Notes: generated by a model from the sequence alone, not told the origin. A DNA stretch of 64,000 bases from Candidatus Falkowbacteria bacterium RIFOXYA2_FULL_47_19 (GCA_001780275.1 MFGB01000020.1:104813-168812), one strand, 5' to 3'. Positions 40,091-48,229 are shown, counted from the stretch's first letter. Program-made: numbers and translations.

Positions 40091-40311
40091 ACGAATTAAT
40101 AGTGATAAATACTTATAATTCGTAAATAAATTATTTTTATAAAATATTTAAATATAAAATTAGTTTAGATTTATATTTATACTTTAATATAACTCTTAAT
40201 AAAAAACAAGGAATAAATATTGCCAAATTAGATTATTTATTATATCATGAAAACATATTTGTGCGTTGATATTTTAGGGTTATGGATATTTAGGTTTTAG
40301 TGGTTACATTA

Positions 40312-40383
40312 GCTCTTGTAGTTCAATGGATAGAACGGGGGTTTCCTAAACCCTAAATAGAGGTTCGATTCCTCTCAAGAGCA
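40312..40383 (+). tRNA. tRNA-Arg (anticodon CCT)
   Basis: Acceptor GCTCTTG/CAAGAGC, D-arm GTTC-AATGGATA-GAAC, anticodon loop TTCCTAA, T-arm AGAGG-TTCGATT-CCTCT. Confidence 0.9.
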
Positions 40384-40414
40384 CAAATATTTGCTAATAT
40401 TAAATAAAATATTA

Positions 40415-40488
40415 GGGCCATTAGCTCAGTTGGCTAGAGCGCTTCCATGGCATGGAAGAGGTCAAGGGTTCAAGTCCCTTATGGTCCA
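40415..40488 (+). tRNA. tRNA-Ala (anticodon GGC)
   Basis: Acceptor GGGCCAT/ATGGTCC with the G3:U70 identity pair. Anticodon arm CTTCC-ATGGCAT-GGAAG. T-loop TTCAAGT. Confidence 0.9.
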
Positions 40489-40603
40489 CTAATAAAATTT
40501 AACCCTTTCTTTTTATAGAAAGCTATAGAAAATATTTTAATTAAATATTTATTGTGATTATTTTAAAGTAGGTAAAACCACTATTGGCTAGAGGTGAATA
40601 ATA

Positions 40604-40765
40604 ATGAATCATTTTAAAACCGCTCTCCTTGATCCAGAAATAATTCAAAAATATAAAAACAAACCATTCCATCAAGCTATTTTACATGCTCTTTCAGTAT
40701 ATGTTGAGCAAGGAAATAATATTTCAGATTTACCATGGTTTATTTTTAAAAAATCACAAAAATAA
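40604..40765 (+). CDS. Small ORF (53 aa) with its own RBS and terminator
   Basis: GAGGTG sits 7 nt upstream of the ATG. MNHFKTALLDPEIIQKYKNKPFHQAILHALSVYVEQGNNISDLPWFIFKKSQK*. Terminator 23 nt downstream. Below the ORF-track cutoff. Confidence 0.45.
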   Translation: MNHFKTALLDPEIIQKYKNKPFHQAILHALSVYVEQGNNISDLPWFIFKKSQK

Positions 40766-40787
40766 TTTAATTAAAATTAAAAACACA

Positions 40788-40809
40788 AAACCCTGTTCAG
40801 GGTTTTTTA
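40788..40809 (+). terminator. Rho-independent terminator after the small ORF
   Basis: Stem AACCCT/AGGGTT, loop GTTC, then TTTTTT. Confidence 0.7.
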
Positions 40810-40810
40810 T

Positions 40811-40824
40811 GTTCCACGTAGAAC
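40811..40824. repeat. 14-bp palindromic site GTTCCACGTAGAAC (copy 1 of 3)
   Basis: Half-sites GTTCYAC/GTAGAAC. Related copies at 41294-41307 and 41320-41333. Confidence 0.6.
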
Positions 40825-40896
40825 TGTACAAGGTTTATTTCTAAATCAATTTTTTAAAACCTTTTAAAATTAAAGGGTTTTTAATTGTTTAAAAAA

Positions 40897-41140
40897 TCCA
40901 CCGGCGAATCCGGTCGTCTACGGTTACATGTTGCGGACGAAGTCAGATATGCTCATTATAAGAATAAACGGATTTGAAATATATCGATAGTGGGTTTACT
41001 TGTATAATGGTTGTTGTTTGTTATTCCCGCCTGCCTGCCAACAGGCGGGGGGTTGGCGGGATAAGCTATGTGCTATATGTGGTTGTATGTACGGATCAAT
41101 CCCGGATCCCCGATATACGCCCCGGTCGGATTCGGTGATG
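40897..41140. ncRNA. Candidate structured RNA/DNA element (~240 nt, GC-rich island in AT-rich DNA), class unknown
   Basis: Long-range closing helix CGAATCCG (40905-12) / CGGATTCG (41127-34), extended by CAC/GTG. Internal hairpin CCCGCC..GCCTG-CCAA-CAGGC..GGCGGG (41026-41060). No ORF of 60 aa or more on either strand. Confidence 0.35.
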
Positions 41141-41293
41141 ACAAATTAACTTTTTAAAAAAAGGGCGAAGTCTGTTAATTTATAACCCCACTGACTAAGT
41201 CGGTGTGTAGTTTAATTAAATTACTAATCAATAAATAATGGCTATTTATTTTTAAAGATTGTCCTAAAAACTATTTATTAATTATATACAAAA

Positions 41294-41307
41294 GTTCCAC
41301 AAAGAAC
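41294..41307. repeat. 14-bp site GTTCCACAAAGAAC (copy 2 of 3)
   Basis: Direct reading. Confidence 0.5.
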
Positions 41308-41319
41308 AATTATCAAAAA

Positions 41320-41333
41320 GTTCTGCGTAGAAC
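41320..41333. repeat. 14-bp palindromic site GTTCTGCGTAGAAC (copy 3 of 3)
   Basis: Direct reading. 26 bp start-to-start from copy 2. Confidence 0.6.
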
Positions 41334-41732
41334 AATTTAAATATAACATTTTTATCTAATATTCAAATAACGTTAAAATTATTAAAATTTAAATTAAATT
41401 AAGGCTGACTTAAAAATTGTACAATAAATATTAATACAATTTAATTATTTGTAGGCAAGGCATTATTAATAGAATAAATAGATATTATTTAAAATTTATT
41501 TTTAAAATATCATAAAAAATCAAAAAATAATGACAGTGGAAAAGTCTACAAAAATGTGGACTATTAATTTATATTTATACTAATATTAAATAAAAAATAA
41601 GCAGGGGATAAGATGAGGATAAGCTATTATAATATAAAAATTAAACTTATTTAAATAAAATTGATTATTTTAATATTAGCAAAAAGATAAAAATACTAAA
41701 AATATAAATAACCCAATAATAGAAAAAATATT

Positions 41733-41761
41733 TTGACAGTCTTATTTTTTTATAATATAAT
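41733..41761 (+). promoter_or_regulatory. Consensus sigma70-type promoter TTGACA-N17-TATAAT
   Basis: TTGACA at 41733-38 and TATAAT at 41756-61. Predicts a ~125-nt 5' UTR for the 41893 gene. Confidence 0.6.
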
Positions 41762-41792
41762 ATTAATGTAAGCATTATCAAATAATTTTCCG

Positions 41793-41885
41793 CACCTTTT
41801 TAGCAGTTCGTATCCCACTCCGAAAGCATCCCCTAATACTGTTTCACGGCGGTGTCCCGCCAAACAGTATTAAAGGTGTGGGATA
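41793..41885 (+). promoter_or_regulatory. Nested-hairpin 5' leader (riboswitch-like candidate) ending 7 nt before the start codon
   Basis: Outer stem TATCCCAC (41811-18) / GTGGGATA (41878-85). Inner 10-bp stem AATACTGTTT (41835-44) / AAACAGTATT (41862-71) capped by GGCGG-TGTC-CCGCC. Alternative pairing CACCTTT (41793-99) / AAAGGTG (41872-78). Confidence 0.45.
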
Positions 41886-41892
41886 AAAAAAT

Positions 41893-42354
41893 ATGCGGCA
41901 CGTGGCTCAACAAATCGGACCATCTGTCACATTTTTAAACAGGAACTGGAAATTTTTACGTTTTTGGTTCAAGATCTATACCTTGGCGGTATGGTGTGGT
42001 TTAATTATTGATTTTTTCACTAATTCGCTTACGTTTACCAGTGGACTACTGGTATTTTATTTAGCCTTTCTTTCGTTATATAATGTCAGTAAAGAGGTTG
42101 ATAGATGGCTTACTAATCTTCATAATTGGCGACTCGGTGAAATTTGGGTGGCGGTATGGCTGGTTACTAATTTAGTGATCGGCTATATCTATATGATGCA
42201 CCCCGATGAATTTAAGGGTGGGGCAGAGGCATTAAATCAGATAAGTTCAGTAACGATCGGTGTTCTGGCTAATTTTATCGGATCAGAGGTTTCTAAAAGG
42301 ATTTATAAGATCAAACGGCTTAAAAAAGCGAATCGTATCATTAGAATAATTTAA
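41893..42354 (+). CDS. Hypothetical 4-TM membrane protein
   Basis: 153-aa ORF with a terminator at 42375-97. No family recognised. Confidence 0.5.
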   Translation: MRHVAQQIGPSVTFLNRNWKFLRFWFKIYTLAVWCGLIIDFFTNSLTFTSGLLVFYLAFLSLYNVSKEVDRWLTNLHNWRLGEIWVAVWLVTNLVIGYIYMMHPDEFKGGAEALNQISSVTIGVLANFIGSEVSKRIYKIKRLKKANRIIRII

Positions 42355-42374
42355 ACTAATTGTTACAGATAGTT

Positions 42375-42397
42375 AAATCCCGAATATCGGGATTTTT
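42375..42397 (+). terminator. Rho-independent terminator
   Basis: Stem AAATCCCGA/TCGGGATTT followed by TT. Confidence 0.8.
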
Positions 42398-42463
42398 AGT
42401 TGCGATTTTTCGGTTTATCGGATAAAATAAAATATATTAATTATAAATTGACGTGATAAAAAT

Positions 42464-43420
42464 ATGTATGACCTAATTATAATCGGCGCCGGTCCAGCCG
42501 GCATTACGGCCGGCATATATGCCGTCCGGCGGGAGATGAAAGTTTTAATTATAGGGACCCAGACCGGCGGTCAGGTTGTTTGGGCTTCGGAAATAGAGAA
42601 TTACCCGGGATTTAAAAATATCCAGAGTTACGATTTTATCTCAAAATTGCACGAGCAGATAACCGGCTTAGGCGTAGAGATAAAAAATTTTGAAATTAAA
42701 AGAATTGAAAAAACAACGGACGGCGTCTTTAAACTTTTTACTGAAAAAGAAGAGTTTGAAGCGAAGACCGTGATCATAGCCATGGGGCTGCAGCCGCGTC
42801 GGCTGGCGATACCCGGCGAAGAAAAATTCGGCGGTCGGGGAATTTCTTATTGCGCTAATTGCGACGGCCCTTTTTATAAAAATAAAACAGTGGCTGTGGT
42901 CGGCGGTGGAAATTCCGCTTTAGACGCGGCGGAAGTTCTTTCTAAGATCGCGAGTAAAGTTTATCTTATCCACCATAATCAGAGCCTTAAAGCTTTTGAA
43001 GGACTTGTAGATGAGGTAAAAAGCCGTGAAAATATCGAGATGATGCTGGATAGGGAGGTAAAAGAAATATCCGGCAATGATAAATTAGAGAAAATCAAAA
43101 TTTTAAATTGTCGGACTAAAGAGGAAACAGATCTAATAGTCGACGGCCTTTTTATAGAAATCGGACGAATAGCGCACACCGACCTGGTTAAAGATCTTGT
43201 TAAACGGGATGAACGCGATCAGGTTATAGTTGATGAAAAATGCGCGACTAGCGAACCGGGGATTTTTGCCGCCGGAGACGTTACCCAGGTTCCCTACAAG
43301 CAAATCACGATCGCAACCGGCCAGGCGACGATCGCGGCTTTAGCGGCTTACCAATATTTACAGGTAAAGAGCGGAAAAAAGATCGGATTGGTCATGGATC
43401 GAAGTTTGCCTAAAAAATAA
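42464..43420 (+). CDS. trxB: Thioredoxin-disulfide reductase
   Basis: IIIGAGPAGITAGIY FAD motif, redox-active CANCDG, GGGNSALD NADPH motif. Confidence 0.9.
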   Translation: MYDLIIIGAGPAGITAGIYAVRREMKVLIIGTQTGGQVVWASEIENYPGFKNIQSYDFISKLHEQITGLGVEIKNFEIKRIEKTTDGVFKLFTEKEEFEAKTVIIAMGLQPRRLAIPGEEKFGGRGISYCANCDGPFYKNKTVAVVGGGNSALDAAEVLSKIASKVYLIHHNQSLKAFEGLVDEVKSRENIEMMLDREVKEISGNDKLEKIKILNCRTKEETDLIVDGLFIEIGRIAHTDLVKDLVKRDERDQVIVDEKCATSEPGIFAAGDVTQVPYKQITIATGQATIAALAAYQYLQVKSGKKIGLVMDRSLPKK

Positions 43421-43443
43421 ATTGCAGATTTAATTTGATTATA

Positions 43444-43475
43444 AAACCCGGTTCATTATAACCGGGTTTATTGAT
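43444..43475. terminator. Terminator hairpin between trxB and the convergent gene
   Basis: 10-bp stem AAACCCGGTT/AACCGGGTTT. Confidence 0.75.
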
Positions 43476-43527
43476 TTAAGGGGAGCGCCAACGAACGGCG
43501 GCTGCACGCGTTTAAACAGGGATTAAT

Positions 43528-44070
43528 TTAATCGTTTTCACTTCTTAATTTATCCAGACGCTCTTTTATTTTTTTATTTTCTTCTTCCAGTATTTTTTCT
43601 TTGATGTCTCGCGCCATTCCTAAGCGTAAAGTATAAAAATCGTCGAGGGTTTTATCAAGCTCCATGGAACGTTCTTTGTATTTCTGTTTTGACGATTTTA
43701 ATTCTTCGGTATGGCGGCGCAACTCCAGGTTTTTATTTTCTATGTCGCTATTTAATTTTTTAAGATCCGCTGATTTTCGCATCAAGTCGTATATTAATCG
43801 GTTGTTGATCTTTAAAACCGTTACAACGAAAATAGCGCCAAAGAAAAAAATAACGCTAACCAATAATTCGTTCGTCGTATGGACGGGGGAGTAGATCAGA
43901 CGGGCAAAGAACGCCAGGTAACCGAAAATAAACAAGCAGATCAGAGCCAGTAGGACCCAGTAATGGTTGGCGGCGGTATTGTTTTTTACCGAGTTATTCA
44001 ACTTATAACAAAGCCAGGTTGAATAAAAAAGAATAATCGCGCCGGCGGACACAAGAATCATGTTAAACAT
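43528..44070 (-). CDS. Hypothetical membrane protein with a C-terminal coiled coil
   Basis: 180 aa. About 4 N-terminal TM helices, then a charged heptad-like region. Confidence 0.45.
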   Translation of the reverse strand: MFNMILVSAGAIILFYSTWLCYKLNNSVKNNTAANHYWVLLALICLFIFGYLAFFARLIYSPVHTTNELLVSVIFFFGAIFVVTVLKINNRLIYDLMRKSADLKKLNSDIENKNLELRRHTEELKSSKQKYKERSMELDKTLDDFYTLRLGMARDIKEKILEEENKKIKERLDKLRSEND

Positions 44071-44104
44071 AGAACATTTATTAAATTATAATTTTTTATA
44101 AAAA

Positions 44105-44698
44105 TTATTTTATAATAAAAGAGTCTGAATAAATTATTTCCGGCTCGAAAAGAAGTTGGGCGTTATCGTGCAAATTAAAACTAAACTGGAACGCGAGCCG
44201 GTATTCGCCGCTTTCAATACGCCGGACGACAGACGCTTCGCTAAAACCACCTTCTTTGAATGGGCAAATTTTCTGATCCCAGGCTGTGCTTATTTTTAAA
44301 CCAGTCCCGAGCGCCATAGGCGGAACCTGCTCATAAAGAGCGATGTAGCAACTATCGCCAAGCCGTTCATCGGTTAATTGAAAACCTTCGCGTCCGCCAT
44401 AACCGAATTTTTTCCACTCGCTTTTTTCTAAATATTCTATTTCCCAAACCCTGTCGCCGCCCGGATAATAAAAAATATTTTCTTCCAGGCCGTTTTTAAT
44501 GATGATATTAATTGTTTCGCCGGAGCTGTAAATTTTTTTATCAGTGGAGATGCTTATTTCCGCGGCCGGCGGCGCGGGCAGTAGCGGCGGCGTCGGCGGA
44601 GTGATCTTATTTTGCCGAAAAAACAAAAAAATAAAAATAAAAATCAATAGCGCGATGATAATAATAACAGACAATTTAAATTTTTTATTTTTTGCCAT
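44105..44698 (-). CDS. Hypothetical membrane-anchored/secreted protein with a Pro-rich linker
   Basis: 197 aa. N-terminal TM helix, then PPTPPLLPAPPAAE. Confidence 0.45.
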   Translation of the reverse strand: MAKNKKFKLSVIIIIALLIFIFIFLFFRQNKITPPTPPLLPAPPAAEISISTDKKIYSSGETINIIIKNGLEENIFYYPGGDRVWEIEYLEKSEWKKFGYGGREGFQLTDERLGDSCYIALYEQVPPMALGTGLKISTAWDQKICPFKEGGFSEASVVRRIESGEYRLAFQFSFNLHDNAQLLFEPEIIYSDSFIIK

Positions 44699-44834
44699 AT
44701 TTATTAAATTAAGAATTATTATGTAAAATCAATTTTACGTCTTCTTAAGTCAGTCGGCGGGATTGAGCCGCTTATTGCGGCGTTATATGGTGTAAAAAAT
44801 ACGTATATTTCGTACAACAGCTTCGGGATATCTG

Positions 44835-44899
44835 AAATTCAGTTGGCGTAATCTGCTAAAATTGTGCGAACGCACTAGCAGATTATGGAAACTGAATTT
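44835..44899. repeat. Long imperfect hairpin in the spacer downstream of the 44928 gene
   Basis: AAATTCAGTT/AACTGAATTT (44835-44 / 44890-99), ATCTGCTA/TAGCAGAT (44851-58 / 44876-83), GTGCG-AA-CGCAC (44864-75). Confidence 0.7.
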
Positions 44900-44927
44900 G
44901 GGAAAGCGATCGTCAAAAATAAAATAT

Positions 44928-45476
44928 TTAATCTTTGATCTCGTATTCCCAGCCAGCTCGCCATTTTTTTGCTTTACGCCAATCTTCCTCGATAGCCGTC
45001 TCCCAGGTTTTGTCTCTAAGAACAACATCTAAAGCTAGTTGCGGTGCTTGATGGGCGACGATGGCAACGCGTTTTCCGTTATAATTAATTTTTAAATATT
45101 CACAAAACTCTCTAATACGATTTTCAACATCTTTATAGCTTTCACCGTTTGGAAAAGGAGTATCAACATAGTCATTCATTTTGTTTTTAAAAACTTTCGC
45201 TTCTTTTTGCGTATAGTCGCCATAATTTACTTCTCTGAGTCTTTTGTCGCGAATTATTTCATATTTGTCGCCAAAGGCAAGTTCGGCGGAATTAATGGCG
45301 CGTTGTAAATCGGAACAAAAGACGATGTCATATGCCTGCTTCGCAACTAGCTGTCCAAGGTTTTTGGCCTGCTGTTTTCCTATCTCGGATAATTCACCCG
45401 GTGCCCAACCAGTTGCTAGGTCATGTTCGTTGTCGGTAGTGGTGCCGTGGACAAAGTATGTGATTTTAACACTCAT
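44928..45476 (-). CDS. Histidine phosphatase (phosphoglycerate-mutase-like) family protein
   Basis: MSVKITYFVHGTTTDN (RHG-like motif) and later AIVAHQAPQ. I chose the ATG at 45476. The track ORF starts at a TTG at 45491. Confidence 0.6.
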   Translation of the reverse strand: MSVKITYFVHGTTTDNEHDLATGWAPGELSEIGKQQAKNLGQLVAKQAYDIVFCSDLQRAINSAELAFGDKYEIIRDKRLREVNYGDYTQKEAKVFKNKMNDYVDTPFPNGESYKDVENRIREFCEYLKINYNGKRVAIVAHQAPQLALDVVLRDKTWETAIEEDWRKAKKWRAGWEYEIKD

Positions 45477-45660
45477 AAGATTAGAGATCAAATATTTTAT
45501 TAAGTTCGCTGACCAGATACGCCGTGTTGTATGTAGTAAATTTTTTATCTTTTTGCAGTAGTATTAAATCTTGTCTACTAGTAGAGAAATTTGATTTTTT
45601 GTTTTAAAAAAATAAAAGAGGGGATGTGAAGGGGATGAATTCTTTTTTCAAAACTCCTTA

Positions 45661-46167
45661 TTATTTATTTTTTATCCATTTCTTCGTTTCCTGATAGCTT
45701 ATTTTACACCGAACTTTAAAGTCATCATCTGAAATATGCAAAGCAATATCGTTATTGTAAGTGTTTAAAAAAATATCGTGATCATTTATTATCTTATCTA
45801 TAATTTTTAAAGATTCCAAATAATCTTTTGACTTATAAAGACGTGTCAAAAATTCCTTGCTTAAGTCAATGCTAATTATAAAATAGCGGTACTCATTTAA
45901 AGTCAACTGCTTTTTAAATTCTTCCCATTCTCTGTCTACGCTTAGGTCACAAATAAAAGAAACTCCATTTTCCATAATTTCTTTCAATCTTTCATTACGC
46001 CTTTTAACGTGTTCGTTAGAATCAAATATTCCTAAATCTTCTGTAACTTCGCTACGAATAGCGTCATTGTTAAAAACTGGTAGATTCAGTTTTGTGCTTA
46101 AATAATTTGTAATGGGTGTTTTGGAGCTACCAACAGCTCCTGCAAAAGTAATACAAATTTTATTCAT
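45661..46167 (-). CDS. P-loop kinase/NTPase-like protein (AAA_33/zeta-toxin-like fold)
   Basis: Walker A FAGAVGSSKT near the N-terminus, 168 aa. Confidence 0.45.
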   Translation of the reverse strand: MNKICITFAGAVGSSKTPITNYLSTKLNLPVFNNDAIRSEVTEDLGIFDSNEHVKRRNERLKEIMENGVSFICDLSVDREWEEFKKQLTLNEYRYFIISIDLSKEFLTRLYKSKDYLESLKIIDKIINDHDIFLNTYNNDIALHISDDDFKVRCKISYQETKKWIKNK

Positions 46168-46291
46168 AAATTTAAATTTAATTTGGAGCGAAGCGACTTC
46201 AACTTTCCCCTTTAAATTATTTAAAAAACAAAACTTTCGGTCGTGACTAAATCGTCAAACCTTGAATTCAAGAAAGATAAAAATTTATTTC

Positions 46292-46391
46292 GTCTAACGG
46301 CTTCGGGATAAGCGAAGTCCTGAGAAGTGAAGTGAATCGGGATTTGGGAAAATGCCGAGCCGAGGCATTTTCCGGTTATCACTTGTTAAGC
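46292..46391. repeat. Structured spacer segment bounded by integron-core-like heptamers GTCTAAC ... GTTAAGC
   Basis: GTCTAAC (46292-98) fits RYYYAAC and GTTAAGC (46385-91) fits GTTRRRY. The enclosed imperfect hairpin pairs AAGTGA..GGAAAATGCC with GGCATTTTCC..TCACTT (46330-84) and has a bulge. A side hairpin (46299-320) makes it non-canonical for attC. Confidence 0.3.
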
Positions 46392-46470
46392 GAGGGCTCG
46401 GCTGAATTCTTTATTATTGAGAAGAGTCTGACGTAAGCGCAGCGTCCGTATGAGTTTTTGAAAATAACAT

Positions 46471-46944
46471 TTATAATTTTTGGCTATTTAAATACTCAAA
46501 GAATTCTTTACCCCAAGCCAGAATAATTCCATTCTCTTTAAGAACTTTTAGTGATTTATTTTTGAACTTCAAATAATCATTAAGAAATTTTGCGGCAATG
46601 TCTGGCCAAATATCTCCAATAACACAATCATACTTTTTATCTTCGTCGATATTAAAAAAATCACCAATTATTAATTCGCCAAAAATTTGGCCGGACATTG
46701 CTTTCATTTTTTCTATAACCTCAGGATATTTTTCTACAGTCGTGACAGATTTTACTTTTGGATTTTTTAGCAGGTACTCGGGAAGTAAGCCCAGGCCATA
46801 TCCTGCAACCAAAACATCGCCACATGCACCATCGGCCAATTCTTGCTGAAGCTCTTTTTCTTGCGGAGTGTCCCACATCCAAAGATAGTCATCCAGATAC
46901 ATAAATCTGTGTCCTTTGTGCTGCAAAATTTCTATTTGGGCCAT
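46471..46944 (-). CDS. Class I SAM-dependent methyltransferase / spermidine-synthase-like fold protein
   Basis: VLVAGYGLGLL (GxGxG-like), VEKYPEVI, VIGDIW. Confidence 0.45.
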   Translation of the reverse strand: MAQIEILQHKGHRFMYLDDYLWMWDTPQEKELQQELADGACGDVLVAGYGLGLLPEYLLKNPKVKSVTTVEKYPEVIEKMKAMSGQIFGELIIGDFFNIDEDKKYDCVIGDIWPDIAAKFLNDYLKFKNKSLKVLKENGIILAWGKEFFEYLNSQKL

Positions 46945-47125
46945 AAAATAAATGTTATCTTAAAAATTTCGTATCTTTTAGTTGTGTCTGAAGTTTCTGT
47001 TCCTCTTCTTTTAAAAATTAATAATGAAAAAAGGAATAGAAATTTGGGTCGGAATCCGCCTTGGGCGGATTGAGCCGCTAATCGCGATGTTAGATGATGT
47101 TGGTGTGCGGTCGTGAATATTGCAA

Positions 47126-47506
47126 TTATTTGTTATCTAGATAATCAATTACTTTATCAAGTATCGTATTGCACTTATCAATTTCTTCCCGAGTCGTGAA
47201 TTTACCTTCGCTAAAGCCAAATTTAAATTTTAAAAACTCTTTTACGTCTTTTTTTAATGACTCATCACGGATCATGCCGTCCATTAAAGCACTTTCAAGA
47301 TCGTACTTTAAACCAGAGATGTAATTACCTTGGCACTTGAACATATTGTAACGTGGGTCGTTAGAAGGGATAATATTTCTTACATCTTCTTCTGGTAAAT
47401 CATCAAGGTGTTCATCTCGGAGCCAATGGAAACGCTCCTGATACCATTTTTTATCAAAAAGAGTTTCTTTTTCTTTATTTTTTAAATTTGGCTGTTCGTG
47501 TTTCAT
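47126..47506 (-). CDS. Hypothetical protein (126 aa)
   Basis: Clean ORF in the cassette-like array. No family recognised. Confidence 0.4.
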   Translation of the reverse strand: MKHEQPNLKNKEKETLFDKKWYQERFHWLRDEHLDDLPEEDVRNIIPSNDPRYNMFKCQGNYISGLKYDLESALMDGMIRDESLKKDVKEFLKFKFGFSEGKFTTREEIDKCNTILDKVIDYLDNK

Positions 47507-47675
47507 ACAAAGGAATTTGTTTTTATAGTATTAGCACACCAATTTCACATAACATCGGGCTTTAGGGAAGTTTTTTGCGTAGCAAAAATTTGGGAGAGTG
47601 AAGTGCAACAAGCAAACTATTTAAGCCCCGCTAAATAAGGTAAGGACGAAGTCCGAAAGCGCAACGTCACCTGAG

Positions 47676-48203
47676 TTATTTTTCAGCCCCGTAGAATTCA
47701 TCGAAATACTTCTTTATACCTTCAACAAAAGGTGGTGTGTATATGTCAGGATTTTCAATAATATCTTTTTTTAATTCATCTGCATTAATCCATTTAATTT
47801 TTGAAATTTCTCTTGCATCGGGATTGATACCATCATCAGATTTACCAACAAAAACACAATGCCAAGCTTTATCAAATGTGTCAAAAAACGGATATGTAAA
47901 TAATCTTTTTACATTTGTTGAAATTCCAATTTCCTCTTGCATTTCTTTTTGAATACAATCTTCATAAGATTCATTAGCCACAGTTCCACTAACCGAATAT
48001 GTAAAAAGATTTGGGTACCATTTTTTTGTTGGCGCCCTATGTTGCAAGAGAATTTCGTTTTTTGAATTAAAAAGTATTAAATGAGATGAACGATGAATAT
48101 ATTTCCCTGTATAAAAATCATCTCTTGGCCTTAAGCCAATTTGATTATCGTTTTTATCAACTTCGATATTTTGCTCTACCATTTTTAATTTAAATCCTGA
48201 CAT
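47676..48203 (-). CDS. NUDIX hydrolase (isopentenyl-diphosphate-isomerase-like subfamily)
   Basis: Nudix box GTVANESYEDCIQKEMQEEIGI. N-terminal VDKNDNQIG...HRSSHLILFN resembles IDI-type Nudix proteins. Confidence 0.7.
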   Translation of the reverse strand: MSGFKLKMVEQNIEVDKNDNQIGLRPRDDFYTGKYIHRSSHLILFNSKNEILLQHRAPTKKWYPNLFTYSVSGTVANESYEDCIQKEMQEEIGISTNVKRLFTYPFFDTFDKAWHCVFVGKSDDGINPDAREISKIKWINADELKKDIIENPDIYTPPFVEGIKKYFDEFYGAEK

Positions 48204-48229
48204 ATATATAAATTTATTTCACTGAACGA

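Noticed and set aside
40897-41140. Assigning the structured element (and 48855-49120) to RNase P RNA, tmRNA, SRP/4.5S RNA, 6S RNA or group II intron domain V
   Set aside because: I could not find the conserved cores I know for these. They are GGAAAGTCC-type for RNase P, the tRNA-like ends and tag ORF for tmRNA, the GGAA/AGCA helix-8 motifs for SRP, and a conserved D5 helix for group II introns. The GAGCCGC words in the spacers do not fold alike in the two copies.
41220-41732. Calling the AT-rich tract a second oriC as a feature
   Set aside because: The box-like words have at least 2 mismatches to the consensus, and such words are expected by chance in AT-rich DNA. I kept it only as a low-interest finding.
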